Assembly: GCA_031402435.1 (NCBI GenBank)
Contig: JANNSJ010000049.1
Location: forward strand, 3,133-67,132
Source: Bacteroidota bacterium
GTDB taxonomy: Bacteria > Bacteroidota > Ignavibacteria > UBA10030 > UBA6906
Direction of reading: 5' to 3'
DNA: 64,000 bases
In this document: one piece after another, positions 29,752-39,005 of the stretch
Position numbering within the stretch: the first letter of the stretch is position 1
How the letters are laid out: every line of letters starts with the position of its first letter
Position numbers and translations under genes: made by a program
The notes under the pieces: model-generated
The model's database searches: none
What the model saw: only the letters and a program-made list of their open reading frames with translations
Told to the model about the DNA's origin: nothing

Positions 29752-32055
29752 TTACTCCTCGCTGGCCGTTTGCAATTTCAATCTCGATTCTTGGGCTCTT
29801 CGAACGATTGTTACTATGAACCCAACAACGAGGATGATCACCCCGTTCCAAACCAGGTTGATGTACGGTTTGATACTTGCCTCGACTACCAGTACATCCA
29901 CCTGGGGCTTGCCACTATCCTGTGCTCCCGCCCTCAAGTCGCTATAGCCTAATTCAACGCTCGAATTTTCCTTTGCCTCGCGATCAGGATGCATTCCGAT
30001 AATAACGAACTCAGCCTTGTCGAGATAACGGGCAGGTTCGTCTGTTTGCTCTCCGTTACTTATGAGCTTTGCCGGTGTAACAACGGTCGGCTTACCCGAT
30101 TTCTCAACAATTTGGAGTTTGGCCCCAATTCGAACATTGGCCCCTTCGAGCATTGCTGCCTTTTCCATCACAGGGAAATCGAAGTCAATGAACGTAACTA
30201 CGAGGTCGCCAATATTCTTTGTTTCGCCCCTCTTTAATGTCACGGCTTTTTGAGCAGCCTTTGTAGAATTGCCTGCCTGCTCAAGAGATAGCGGCGCAAC
30301 ATAGAAATCCTTACTGATAAGATTAATGATGTCAGGATTCCTCATGAGCCCCTTAGTATACTCGCTATAGTACATTGTTGGCGAGACAACACGCTCAGGC
30401 TGGTTTGGTCCCTCAACGCGAACATCAAAGCCGAACTTCTCTCCATCCAATGGCTTGTAGCTCACATACGTAAGTCTGTAGCCAAGCGCTTCCACGGTTT
30501 CACCCTGCGGAAGGGACAGCGTTACTTTATCATCATATTTGGAAGAGGCAACAAAGCCAAGGAACATTACCGCCAAACCAATGTGAGCTATTGACCCGCC
30601 GGCAAACTTCGGGCTTCCGCGAATGATGCGCCAGCCAACAAGAAGATTGGAAAAGAGAGCGAATGCTGCACCAAACACAAACAATGCCACCAGCACCTCA
30701 TGCACGCCGATAAAAACCAATACGATGGTCGTTACAAGGGACAAAGCAACCGGCAATATCAAGTTCTTCCGTAGTTCCTTCGTATCTGACTTGGTCCACC
30801 AAAGGAGCTGGGCAAGGCCGCAGAGAACTCCGATGGCAATCCCCAAAGGCAGCGTAGTGGTTGAGTAATATGAAATGTCAACTGCTGTTGTCTTTCCTTG
30901 AAGAATAGTCGTGATCAGCGGTGATGATGTCCCAACGGAGATAAAGAGAGCGGCGCATACGATTGCTGCCGACCCGAGAAACAGCGCAAATTCCCTCGAA
31001 AAGTAGTCGTGCTGCAAAGAGCCTTTTGGCATGTCCTTCCGCCGGAAGACCAGTAAGCCCAGACCAAGTCCACTGAAGAGAACTAGCATACCAACGAGCA
31101 ACCAATATGCCCACATACCAGGATCAACAAACGAATGAACCGATGTTTCCCCGAGAACACCGCTTCGGGTTAGAAACGTCGAGTACACAACAAATATGAA
31201 ACACATCATGCTCAAGACAAGGTTTGTCTTGATAAACGCACCACTCTTTCGTTGAGAAAGAGTGGTATGTATTGTTGCCACTCCGATCAACCATGGAACA
31301 AGCGAGGAGTTCTCAACGGGATCCCAGCCCCAGTAGCCGCCCCACCCCAGTGTTTCATATGCCCAGAAGCCACCCATCATGATGGCGGTGCCGAGCACAA
31401 CACAGCCGTAGACAAGCCAGGGGGTCGCAGGCTTGATCCAGTTGATGTAATCCCGCTTCATGAGAGCTGCGACAGCATATGCATACGGAACCCCCATCGC
31501 CGCGAAGCCGCTAAACATGACCTGTGGGTGAATCACCATCCAATAATTCTGAAGCAGCGGGTTAAGTCCCCGCCCATTCGGAGGAACGAATCCGGCATTC
31601 ACCTGTCCCGACCAGGTTTCCCACACATACGCGAATGGATTCTTGACGAGCAACATGAGGAGAAGAAATGTCTCAATCAATCCATACGCTGTCATTACTT
31701 GCGGCTCATAACCCTTCTTCGCAGAATCACGCATCAAGAATATGCCAATAAGCGAAGTGAAGAGAGTCCATAGCATGAAACTCCCTTCTTGACCGGCATA
31801 GAACGTAGAGATCAGAAGCGGGAGAGAAAGTTCACGGCCACTGTAACTCCAGACGTATGTATACTGAAATTGATGCGTAAGAATGAGATAGAGGAGAACG
31901 GAGGATATCACCATAACGGTGACAACAGTAGCGTGGAAAAAGAGGCGCGCCCATCTGAGCAAACGTTCGTCATTGCGTACATGAGACTGAAAAAACAACA
32001 CAACGGAAAGCAGGCTTGTAATGAATGCCAGCTTTACAAGTATTGAACCAATCAT
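29752..32055 (-). CDS. ccmF: Cytochrome c-type biogenesis heme lyase subunit CcmF
   Basis: 767 aa, polytopic. WWD domain WGGYWGWDPVENSSLVPW. No ccmG or ccmH follows. Confidence 0.85.
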   Translation of the reverse strand: MIGSILVKLAFITSLLSVVLFFQSHVRNDERLLRWARLFFHATVVTVMVISSVLLYLILTHQFQYTYVWSYSGRELSLPLLISTFYAGQEGSFMLWTLFTSLIGIFLMRDSAKKGYEPQVMTAYGLIETFLLLMLLVKNPFAYVWETWSGQVNAGFVPPNGRGLNPLLQNYWMVIHPQVMFSGFAAMGVPYAYAVAALMKRDYINWIKPATPWLVYGCVVLGTAIMMGGFWAYETLGWGGYWGWDPVENSSLVPWLIGVATIHTTLSQRKSGAFIKTNLVLSMMCFIFVVYSTFLTRSGVLGETSVHSFVDPGMWAYWLLVGMLVLFSGLGLGLLVFRRKDMPKGSLQHDYFSREFALFLGSAAIVCAALFISVGTSSPLITTILQGKTTAVDISYYSTTTLPLGIAIGVLCGLAQLLWWTKSDTKELRKNLILPVALSLVTTIVLVFIGVHEVLVALFVFGAAFALFSNLLVGWRIIRGSPKFAGGSIAHIGLAVMFLGFVASSKYDDKVTLSLPQGETVEALGYRLTYVSYKPLDGEKFGFDVRVEGPNQPERVVSPTMYYSEYTKGLMRNPDIINLISKDFYVAPLSLEQAGNSTKAAQKAVTLKRGETKNIGDLVVTFIDFDFPVMEKAAMLEGANVRIGAKLQIVEKSGKPTVVTPAKLISNGEQTDEPARYLDKAEFVIIGMHPDREAKENSSVELGYSDLRAGAQDSGKPQVDVLVVEASIKPYINLVWNGVIILVVGFIVTIVRRAQESRLKLQTASEE

Positions 32056-32094
32056 TGATCCCTCTTTGAGAAAGAACGTTCCAGCAACACAACT

Positions 32095-32490
32095 CTACGT
32101 GGACTTTTTGACATCCTCACCTTGTGCTTCATACTTCGATGGACACTTCGTCAGCACTTCGGTCGCGTGGAAGTATCCCTCATCGGCATTGTACCGGCCT
32201 TTGGCAACGACACTCACTGCCATCTCAAAATTGTTCGGGGCTGCTCCGTCAAGAACAACTTTACATTCCTTCCCAAGCTCGTCAACAAGGAAAAAGGTGA
32301 ACTGTGTTGTCTTCGCATCGAACGAAGACGGCTTCTCTTTATTCCACTGTCCCTTCAACTGGACTTTCTTGTGCTTGCTGATTGCTCCGCTGACATCGGT
32401 GTATTCAATATTGCTTTGCAAGAACGATACCGACCCGAAGATGATAAAGAGAACAACAACAACTGCGGCGACAATTACCTTGGGTTTCAT
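32095..32490 (-). CDS. ccmE: Cytochrome c maturation heme chaperone CcmE, CXXXY variant
   Basis: N-terminal TM anchor plus OB-fold. C-terminal ATEVLTKCPSKYE aligns with E. coli AKEVLAKHDENYT, so Cys replaces the heme-binding His130. Confidence 0.8.
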   Translation of the reverse strand: MKPKVIVAAVVVVLFIIFGSVSFLQSNIEYTDVSGAISKHKKVQLKGQWNKEKPSSFDAKTTQFTFFLVDELGKECKVVLDGAAPNNFEMAVSVVAKGRYNADEGYFHATEVLTKCPSKYEAQGEDVKKST

Positions 32491-32493
32491 GCG

Positions 32494-32637
32494 TCACTCC
32501 TTCTCTTGTTGTGAGCGTTTCTCCAACTTCTTCAACCTGCCATCGATACGAAACAGATACAAATAAATCCCAAACCACACTGTCAACGCGATGCCAAGAA
32601 CAATATAGAGCGAGTTCTGATTCAGGAATTCAAACAA
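32494..32637 (-). CDS. ccmD: Heme exporter protein CcmD (small, single TM)
   Basis: Not in the ORF track. The minus-strand frame reads (TTG start) MFEFLNQNSLYIVLGIALTVWFGIYLYLFRIDGRLKKLEKRSQQEKE*, lying between ccmC and ccmE. Confidence 0.55.
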   Translation of the reverse strand: MFEFLNQNSLYIVLGIALTVWFGIYLYLFRIDGRLKKLEKRSQQEKE

Positions 32638-32655
32638 TCCGTATTACTCCTCTCA

Positions 32656-33333
32656 CTATGAGTGTTTTGTTTCCAAGCGAACTGTGCGAATGTGAAGGTT
32701 CCACATCCAGATAAATAGGCCGGTAAAGCCTGTCAATGAAGCAAGAAAGATCACAAGCATAGTCGCGTTCATATGCACTTTGCCCTGCACATTAAGAATA
32801 GGCTCCGGGTGCAGACTTGCAAGAATTCGGGGCATGATAAACATGAAGAATGGCATCGTCACAGCTCCGATGATCGAGTACACTGCCGAGAGTGTAGCCC
32901 GTTTTTCTTCAATGTCCACAGCAGAACGAAGTGCAAAGTACGCTCCATAAATAAGGAGAAGCACAAAGATCGATGTTTGTCGCGGATCCCAATTCCAGTA
33001 AGTCCCCCAACTAAACTTCGCCCAAATTGCACCGGTAACAGTTGCCAGGATGCAAAACAGCAATCCAAGTCCCGCAGCGGATGCCGACGTAATATCGTCG
33101 TCCGGATTCTTCTTGCGCAAGTACTTGATTCCGTAAATCATACTCATTACAAATGCAACGGAAGCCAACCAGGCAGTGGGAACGTGAAAGAACATGATGC
33201 GGGCTTTTTCTTCCAGCCCTGGGATTGTTGGCAATTCAAACCAGTGTTGTGGCTGTGCAGACATGGGAAGGCTGAGCCCGAGCACAATCACGGCCGTCAT
33301 CCAGAGGCCAATCACAATCTTCCAGGTCATCAA
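32656..33333 (-). CDS. ccmC: Heme exporter protein CcmC
   Basis: WWD motif WGTYWNWDPRQTS. 6 TM helices. Confidence 0.9.
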   Translation of the reverse strand: MMTWKIVIGLWMTAVIVLGLSLPMSAQPQHWFELPTIPGLEEKARIMFFHVPTAWLASVAFVMSMIYGIKYLRKKNPDDDITSASAAGLGLLFCILATVTGAIWAKFSWGTYWNWDPRQTSIFVLLLIYGAYFALRSAVDIEEKRATLSAVYSIIGAVTMPFFMFIMPRILASLHPEPILNVQGKVHMNATMLVIFLASLTGFTGLFIWMWNLHIRTVRLETKHS

Positions 33334-34028
33334 TCTTTCCAGATGTAGTCAAAGAGAATATACGACACAGCAACAACTGCAACAATATATGAAACTAATA
33401 TGTTGAATTCACCTAATGCCTCTTCAAAAAAGGCTCCTTCTGTTGCAAGTCGGGTTCCGTTAATGACAGTTAACAATAGGGGCAATAATATGGGAAACGC
33501 CAAAACCGGATAGAGAGTTCCTTTGGTATTGGCACGGGCGATGATCGCCGCAATGATCGTGGAGGATGCGGCAAACCCGATACTCCCAAGTGCAACCGTA
33601 ACAACAAAGATGCTGTACGTCTTGATCACGAACTCACTGATGAACACCGAGTACAATACGACGACAAGGGTATTCAGTCCGATAACGAGGGCCAGGTTAA
33701 AGCAGAGTTTACCGAGGAGCACTGCCGTCGGAGAAGCAACAAGTTGAAGTGTCATCGACGTACCGCGTTCTTCTTCAGCAACAAACGTGCGGCTCAATCC
33801 CGACATTGCCGCGAAGAACACTGCAACCCACAACATGCCGGAGAGTGCATTCAACGAGGCCCCTTCTGTCCCGAGGGCGAACACGATAATGGAGATGGTG
33901 GTAATAACGAACATGACCAGGGCGCTGATTGCATAGCGTGTCCGCAACTCGGACTTCCAATCCTTCGCCAGAATTGCGATCGTTGCCTGCCACAGCGATG
34001 CCCTGGGAACCTGACGCTCAGCGGTCAA
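33330..34028 (-). CDS. ccmB: Heme exporter permease CcmB
   Basis: 232 aa, 6 TM. Operon position between ccmA and ccmC, with 4-nt and 11-nt overlaps. Confidence 0.8.
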   Translation of the reverse strand: MTAERQVPRASLWQATIAILAKDWKSELRTRYAISALVMFVITTISIIVFALGTEGASLNALSGMLWVAVFFAAMSGLSRTFVAEEERGTSMTLQLVASPTAVLLGKLCFNLALVIGLNTLVVVLYSVFISEFVIKTYSIFVVTVALGSIGFAASSTIIAAIIARANTKGTLYPVLAFPILLPLLLTVINGTRLATEGAFFEEALGEFNILVSYIVAVVAVSYILFDYIWKD

Positions 34029-34635
34029 GATTCACCCTTTGGTCATGTCGATCAACATCGGTCGTATCGTTCGTTGCCACAACGAGAATGCCCTTCTTGT
34101 AATGTTCATCCATGATGGTCTTCACCATCTCGATGCCATTGGAATCCAGGTTCGCCATGGGTTCATCGAGAATAAGAATAGGTGGTTCATGGATCAGAGC
34201 AAAGGCATACTTTACGCGTTGTTTCATTCCGGAGGAAAATGTTCGGACCGGATCATCAAGACGGCCTTTCAGTTGAAGCCGATCGAGAAGCGGTTGAATC
34301 CTCGACGTGAGACTTTTCATCCCACGGACCGCAAGTACAAATTGCAGGTTCTCTCGAGGTGAGAACTCATCGTACATTTGCAGGTACGGTGAAACAAGCC
34401 CGATCATAGAATGAAGATTTGACATTGTATCTCTTCCATCCCATAGAGCTTTGACTTCCCCGGCTGTTGGCGTGAGAACGCCGCTCAACATTTTGATAAG
34501 AGTCGATTTACCTGAGCCATTCCGGCCGGTGATCAGCAGTGTGGTCCTGGGCTGCAACGAGAACGAAATGTTCTCGAAGATCACTCTCCTGTTGAACACC
34601 TTCTTGAGACTATGCCCGCTGAATTCTATTGTCAT
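34018..34635 (-). CDS. ccmA: Heme exporter ABC ATP-binding protein CcmA
   Basis: Walker A GRNGSGKST, signature FSSGMKQRV, Walker B ILILDEP. Confidence 0.85.
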   Translation of the reverse strand: MTIEFSGHSLKKVFNRRVIFENISFSLQPRTTLLITGRNGSGKSTLIKMLSGVLTPTAGEVKALWDGRDTMSNLHSMIGLVSPYLQMYDEFSPRENLQFVLAVRGMKSLTSRIQPLLDRLQLKGRLDDPVRTFSSGMKQRVKYAFALIHEPPILILDEPMANLDSNGIEMVKTIMDEHYKKGILVVATNDTTDVDRHDQRVNLDR

Positions 34636-36314
34636 TTTCGTATGACAGCGATCTTGCCGGTAGTCAACTGGTCTTGAACATCAAGTACAAAGAGATACAC
34701 ACCGCTTTGGACGATTTCGCCGTTGCTCGTTTTTCCGTTCCAGACAAACGCCTGTTTGCCCAATCGTGTCTCCGACGTAAGCGTTGAAGTGAAAACCAAA
34801 TCCATGCTTCCTGTAAAAACGGAAAGCGTCCCCTCAATTGGGCTGGGTGCATTGATCGGAAAGAACATGACGGACGTACCAACGATAAATGGATTTGGGA
34901 ATGGAATCCCTATGGTAACAGGTGCGGAGCCTACACCAACTCCCACAACGTCCCACGTATACCAGTTCGTAACATCCACCACATCAAGCTTGAAAAAAAT
35001 GCCGATGGACGTTGCTCTATATGAATCATCAACTCGAAGTGTGTTCAATAGATATGTGTAAGGAAACTGCGTAGACGAATTCCCGATACCAGCATTGAAG
35101 TTAATATTTGATAGCGCAAGCGTGAGCGTGTCCTGCAAGCCAATCACTTGATAATATCTTGCTGAAAGGGCAGCCAATGACCCTCCCATTGCCCTGGAGG
35201 GAGGGGCAAAAGCTATAGGCGATTGAACTATCAAGGGGTAGGAATACCCTTCGGGATAGTAACGAGAGGTGTCTGCTCTCGATTCTGTAAAGAAGTTCCA
35301 CAAGGTCCACTCGGCAAACGCCTCCCGGAATGTTGAGTGGGACAGTTGAAGTGCATTATCCATTGCCTGAAGCGGACGCACATTGCGTATTTCTTCCCAG
35401 GCTGTTCGCATAACATCGCGTCCATATCTTTTTTCAACGAAGCTCCCCCAGATGCCACGACTGTACATGATGAAGCTGTTGGATGTAAACGGGGTTTCAG
35501 GGTGCCAGAATTGTCCCTGACTTGATCGAAGGTACTGATAGTAGTCATTCACATTCGTATACACAACATCTTCCATCCACACCGACGTAATCTCATAGAA
35601 GTACGAATCGCCGGTCCAGTATCCGTAGTTACCGATCTGGACGGCATGATGAAGCTCATGTGCAATTGTAACCCGAAGAGCAGGCATGCCCTTGTTGCTG
35701 TCGGGAAAGACAAAACTGAAGTCGTTGTCAATCTCCAGAAACGTGGTAAACGTTCCGCCGTCCGGTTTGCTGTTGATCGGCGTTTCAGGAGTCGTGAGGC
35801 CATAGTACGAACTGCCAAGTTCCCCAATGTAAATATCGTATTGGGTCCCGCCACCATTTCCGAAATCCTGAGGAGGCTGCAAGTATCCGAGGGTATTCGT
35901 CTGAACGGATGTTGTGTACTGAAGGATTGCTGCAACGGAATCGACATATTCGCGAACAGTTCCGGGAATTCGGTGGTACAGAGAGTCAAGCATTGCCGGG
36001 GCATTGGCGCCGACGGTGTCAAAGTGAATTCTAAACCCACCAACAAGAATACTGGTGTCTAGTGATGGTCGGAGGAGCAAAGATGAAAGCGACGATTGCA
36101 GCTCAGGCGGCAAGGACATGCGGTCGTGAAGTGCCGCTGACAACGTCGGCAGGCCACATTTATCCGATAAGTGATCTCCTTCGCTGGCCCCTTGTGCTTC
36201 ACGGGAGAGCATACGATAGCTCTCGAGGCGGGTTCTTGTTGGCTGCTCTGATCCGGGAGAAGGCATCGCAATACAGACGATGAACGCCACCAGATATGAA
36301 ACACGTAGAGTCAT
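34632..36314 (-). CDS. Putative secreted HExxH zinc-metallopeptidase-like protein with T9SS C-terminal sorting domain
   Basis: 560 aa. N-terminal signal/TM. HELHHAVQ (HExxH) motif. C-terminal about 80 aa (FPNPFIVGTSV...GVYLFVLDVQDQLTTGKIAVIRK) is T9SS-CTD-like. ATGA overlap with ccmA. Confidence 0.65.
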   Translation of the reverse strand: MTLRVSYLVAFIVCIAMPSPGSEQPTRTRLESYRMLSREAQGASEGDHLSDKCGLPTLSAALHDRMSLPPELQSSLSSLLLRPSLDTSILVGGFRIHFDTVGANAPAMLDSLYHRIPGTVREYVDSVAAILQYTTSVQTNTLGYLQPPQDFGNGGGTQYDIYIGELGSSYYGLTTPETPINSKPDGGTFTTFLEIDNDFSFVFPDSNKGMPALRVTIAHELHHAVQIGNYGYWTGDSYFYEITSVWMEDVVYTNVNDYYQYLRSSQGQFWHPETPFTSNSFIMYSRGIWGSFVEKRYGRDVMRTAWEEIRNVRPLQAMDNALQLSHSTFREAFAEWTLWNFFTESRADTSRYYPEGYSYPLIVQSPIAFAPPSRAMGGSLAALSARYYQVIGLQDTLTLALSNINFNAGIGNSSTQFPYTYLLNTLRVDDSYRATSIGIFFKLDVVDVTNWYTWDVVGVGVGSAPVTIGIPFPNPFIVGTSVMFFPINAPSPIEGTLSVFTGSMDLVFTSTLTSETRLGKQAFVWNGKTSNGEIVQSGVYLFVLDVQDQLTTGKIAVIRK

Positions 36315-38521
36315 CGGAAAGGATCAAAAAAGATTGAAATCGTGCCCTTGGCTCCATTTGCAAAAATCAGATCCTGGATGTTGGGGAATTTCATGCTTGC
36401 GATCTGAATCGCTGTTATCTGGTTTGCAGAACGAATGCTCATCGGCGGATCGAACTTTCGATTCCCTCTTCCATACATTGTGACGATGGCATTTCTTCCA
36501 GTATCAATCCACGTCATATCCGGATGACCATCACTATCGACATCCCGAAGGAGAAATGCATCTTCGTTAAGCAGTTGTACATTGCGAATGAGTTCAACCG
36601 AATCCCTGAATGTCCCCCCTCCCCTTCCATATACAACACCGAATGCACTCCTTGGCGGTGGCATGATCAGGATCAAGTCTTTATGCTGGTCATTGTCGAC
36701 ATATCCAGAGAGGATGGAATGGACGCTTGCCGTTGAATCGGAAAAGGTGAGAAGGGGCTTCACGGTCTTGAAATCAAATCCCCCGCCCGGAAATGCTATT
36801 GAGAGTGTCGATTGTCGCGCTGCCTTGTCATGGGTGACGAAGACGAGTTCATATCTGCCTGATGCCGAATAGTCATCAACAGTGAGGGCTGTAATGCGCC
36901 CCGGAATACTGTAGCGAAGGCTCCTCTCGACAAACTGCCCGCCGCTGATCTGCCTGAACTGAGAAATCGATGGTGAGCTATCTCTTGGGCTGCTGTATTG
37001 CACTAACAACTCCAGTTGCCCTGATATCGAATCCTGTTTCGTGAGGACGATGTAAGGGTTCGATCCGGTCGGAAGAGTGAAGGCTTCAGTTGCTGTGATA
37101 TTGTCAGCAAGCTTTACGATACTCACTTTCTCTGCATTTTCATGACTCATCATAACGGTGTATTCCTTCGTTGAGGGAGAACGCAATGTTCTTAGAGACA
37201 CCGGCATATCCGAAACCGGTATTGCTTGCTGCCCCTGCAGTTTCCCTTCACCACGATTGAGAAGGATTGAGAGTGTTGAGGATCCGGTGTTTGCGACGAT
37301 AATATCCATGAGTCCATCGCTGTTAACATCAACGGCAGCTACCCCTTTCGGAGTATTGCCGACACCGTATGTTGTCGGCCACTGTACTGAACCAGACGAT
37401 GCTGAATTCGCATATGCCATCAACCGTTTGCTTTCCCGATCAATCACCAGAAGATCGTTTCGATTGTCACCGTCAAGGTCTGTAATGATTGAAGCAGCAA
37501 TGTCCTCCCCCGCGCCAAAGGGAGTTTGCCCGCCGGTCTTCATTCCGGATGTACTGAGAACGACGCTCACTGCCTGTTCAGTTGTCACGATGAGATCAAG
37601 CAGTTTGTCATTGTTAAGATCAGCGAACTCTGCCTGCAAGGGTGTTGCTGCGAATTTGAGCGTTGTCGCAGGTTCAATTTCTCCTGTAGCGTTACAACGG
37701 AACATGGAAACGAGTCGCTCTTCCGGCATGGTAACAGCAATTTGCACAGTTCGGTCTTTCGAAATTGGTGAGGTGGCAATCCGCGATGGTTCGCCCGCAA
37801 GTGCAACTTCCACCTGTTCAGAGAAAATGCCGCGCCCGATACCATAGAACAATGCAATCCGGTTCGAGAGCCAGTCGAGCACAAAGAGATCAGTGATACC
37901 ATCGCCGTTGAGGTCTATACACTGAAGATCACTGATAGAGAGATCGGGAAAAATCACTGGACCCATCGTGTAATTGCCATCCTTCTGTTTGAACAAGGGG
38001 GTGATGCCGGTTCGTTTCTTTCCGAAAAGCAATACGTCCCGCCTCCGGTCACTGTTAATGTCTCCGTAGGTGAGGCGTTGAGAAAGCACTTCACTTTGGA
38101 ATTGTTTTGTCGCGAACGTGCTGCCCTTTCTATGAACCATGATCACAACGTTTCCATCGTTGGAGAGAAGGCTGAACCCGAGTGAGGAAGCATCCGGATC
38201 CGAAACAATTTCCCGTGCGTGTGTTGAAAGCGTGAGAAGGTCAGTCTGGAGAAATGTCCCATCGGCATTTACAGCATAAAAATATACTGTGGCAGTCTCT
38301 TGTGCCAGAACGGCGACCGCTGCCGGAGAAGCAAACCGTACAAGTCCGATAGGTGTATAACCAAGAGAGATGTCGCTTGTGGGACCGAACGAGGAAGCGG
38401 TGCGCTGGGAATACGTTGCGCCCGCACAAAGGAGGTGAATGTAGAGTACGTTTCTCGCAATCCGAAGCCGCAAGAATGATTCCAGATGTTCGGAAAAATC
38501 CAGACGAGGGAGTGTGAGCAA
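36311..38521 (-). CDS. FG-GAP/VCBS repeat protein (integrin-alpha-like beta-propeller)
   Basis: 736 aa. Repeated DxNxDGxxD motifs (DINSDRRRD, DLNGDGITD, DLNNDKLLD, DLDGDNRND, DVNSDGLMD, DVDSDGHPD). ATGA overlap with the downstream HExxH gene. Confidence 0.75.
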   Translation of the reverse strand: MLTLPRLDFSEHLESFLRLRIARNVLYIHLLCAGATYSQRTASSFGPTSDISLGYTPIGLVRFASPAAVAVLAQETATVYFYAVNADGTFLQTDLLTLSTHAREIVSDPDASSLGFSLLSNDGNVVIMVHRKGSTFATKQFQSEVLSQRLTYGDINSDRRRDVLLFGKKRTGITPLFKQKDGNYTMGPVIFPDLSISDLQCIDLNGDGITDLFVLDWLSNRIALFYGIGRGIFSEQVEVALAGEPSRIATSPISKDRTVQIAVTMPEERLVSMFRCNATGEIEPATTLKFAATPLQAEFADLNNDKLLDLIVTTEQAVSVVLSTSGMKTGGQTPFGAGEDIAASIITDLDGDNRNDLLVIDRESKRLMAYANSASSGSVQWPTTYGVGNTPKGVAAVDVNSDGLMDIIVANTGSSTLSILLNRGEGKLQGQQAIPVSDMPVSLRTLRSPSTKEYTVMMSHENAEKVSIVKLADNITATEAFTLPTGSNPYIVLTKQDSISGQLELLVQYSSPRDSSPSISQFRQISGGQFVERSLRYSIPGRITALTVDDYSASGRYELVFVTHDKAARQSTLSIAFPGGGFDFKTVKPLLTFSDSTASVHSILSGYVDNDQHKDLILIMPPPRSAFGVVYGRGGGTFRDSVELIRNVQLLNEDAFLLRDVDSDGHPDMTWIDTGRNAIVTMYGRGNRKFDPPMSIRSANQITAIQIASMKFPNIQDLIFANGAKGTISIFFDPFR

Positions 38522-38528
38522 GGCGGGT

Positions 38529-39005
38529 CTACCGTGAGGATGGTTGTCGATCGCGCAAGCGACGTTCTCGACGGGTTAGCGCTTCTTCGTAGCGACGCCG
38601 TTCCTCATTGGTCTCCGGTACGGCAGGTGGAACGGGGATCGGCTTGCCTTGATCATCAATGGCAACAAAAGTAAGGTACGCGTTGTTTGCGCGACGCATT
38701 GTTGCTCCGCCCAACCCCTGAGCAGTCACGACGACGCCAATTTCCATCGACGATCGGAACGCCCTGTTGACCGATGCTTGTAACGTCACAATCTCTCCAA
38801 GCTTTATGGGGGCATGGAACTCCAACTGATCGACTGAGGCGGTAACGCACACCCGGCCACAGTGTCTCTGGGCTGCGATGGCCGCAGCGATATCCATCCA
38901 ATGCATCAGTCGCCCGCCAAGAAGATTGCCAAGCTGGTTGGTATCGTTGGGCAATACCAGCTCAGTCATGAACACCTGCGAATTTTTGACCGGAACACCT
39001 TCCAT
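38529..39005 (-). CDS. Acyl-CoA thioesterase (hotdog fold, YciA-like)
   Basis: LVLPNDTNQLGNLLGGRLMHWMDIAAAIAAQRH. Confidence 0.8.
   Translation of the reverse strand: MEGVPVKNSQVFMTELVLPNDTNQLGNLLGGRLMHWMDIAAAIAAQRHCGRVCVTASVDQLEFHAPIKLGEIVTLQASVNRAFRSSMEIGVVVTAQGLGGATMRRANNAYLTFVAIDDQGKPIPVPPAVPETNEERRRYEEALTRRERRLRDRQPSSR

Noticed and set aside
31252-31773. 173-aa plus-strand ORF inside ccmF
   Set aside because: Antisense to the CcmF membrane protein, with no motifs. The codon usage is a mirror artefact.
37158-37847. 229-aa plus-strand Ser/Thr-rich ORF
   Set aside because: Antisense to the FG-GAP repeat gene. Its composition reflects the complement of Asp/Gly-rich repeats.
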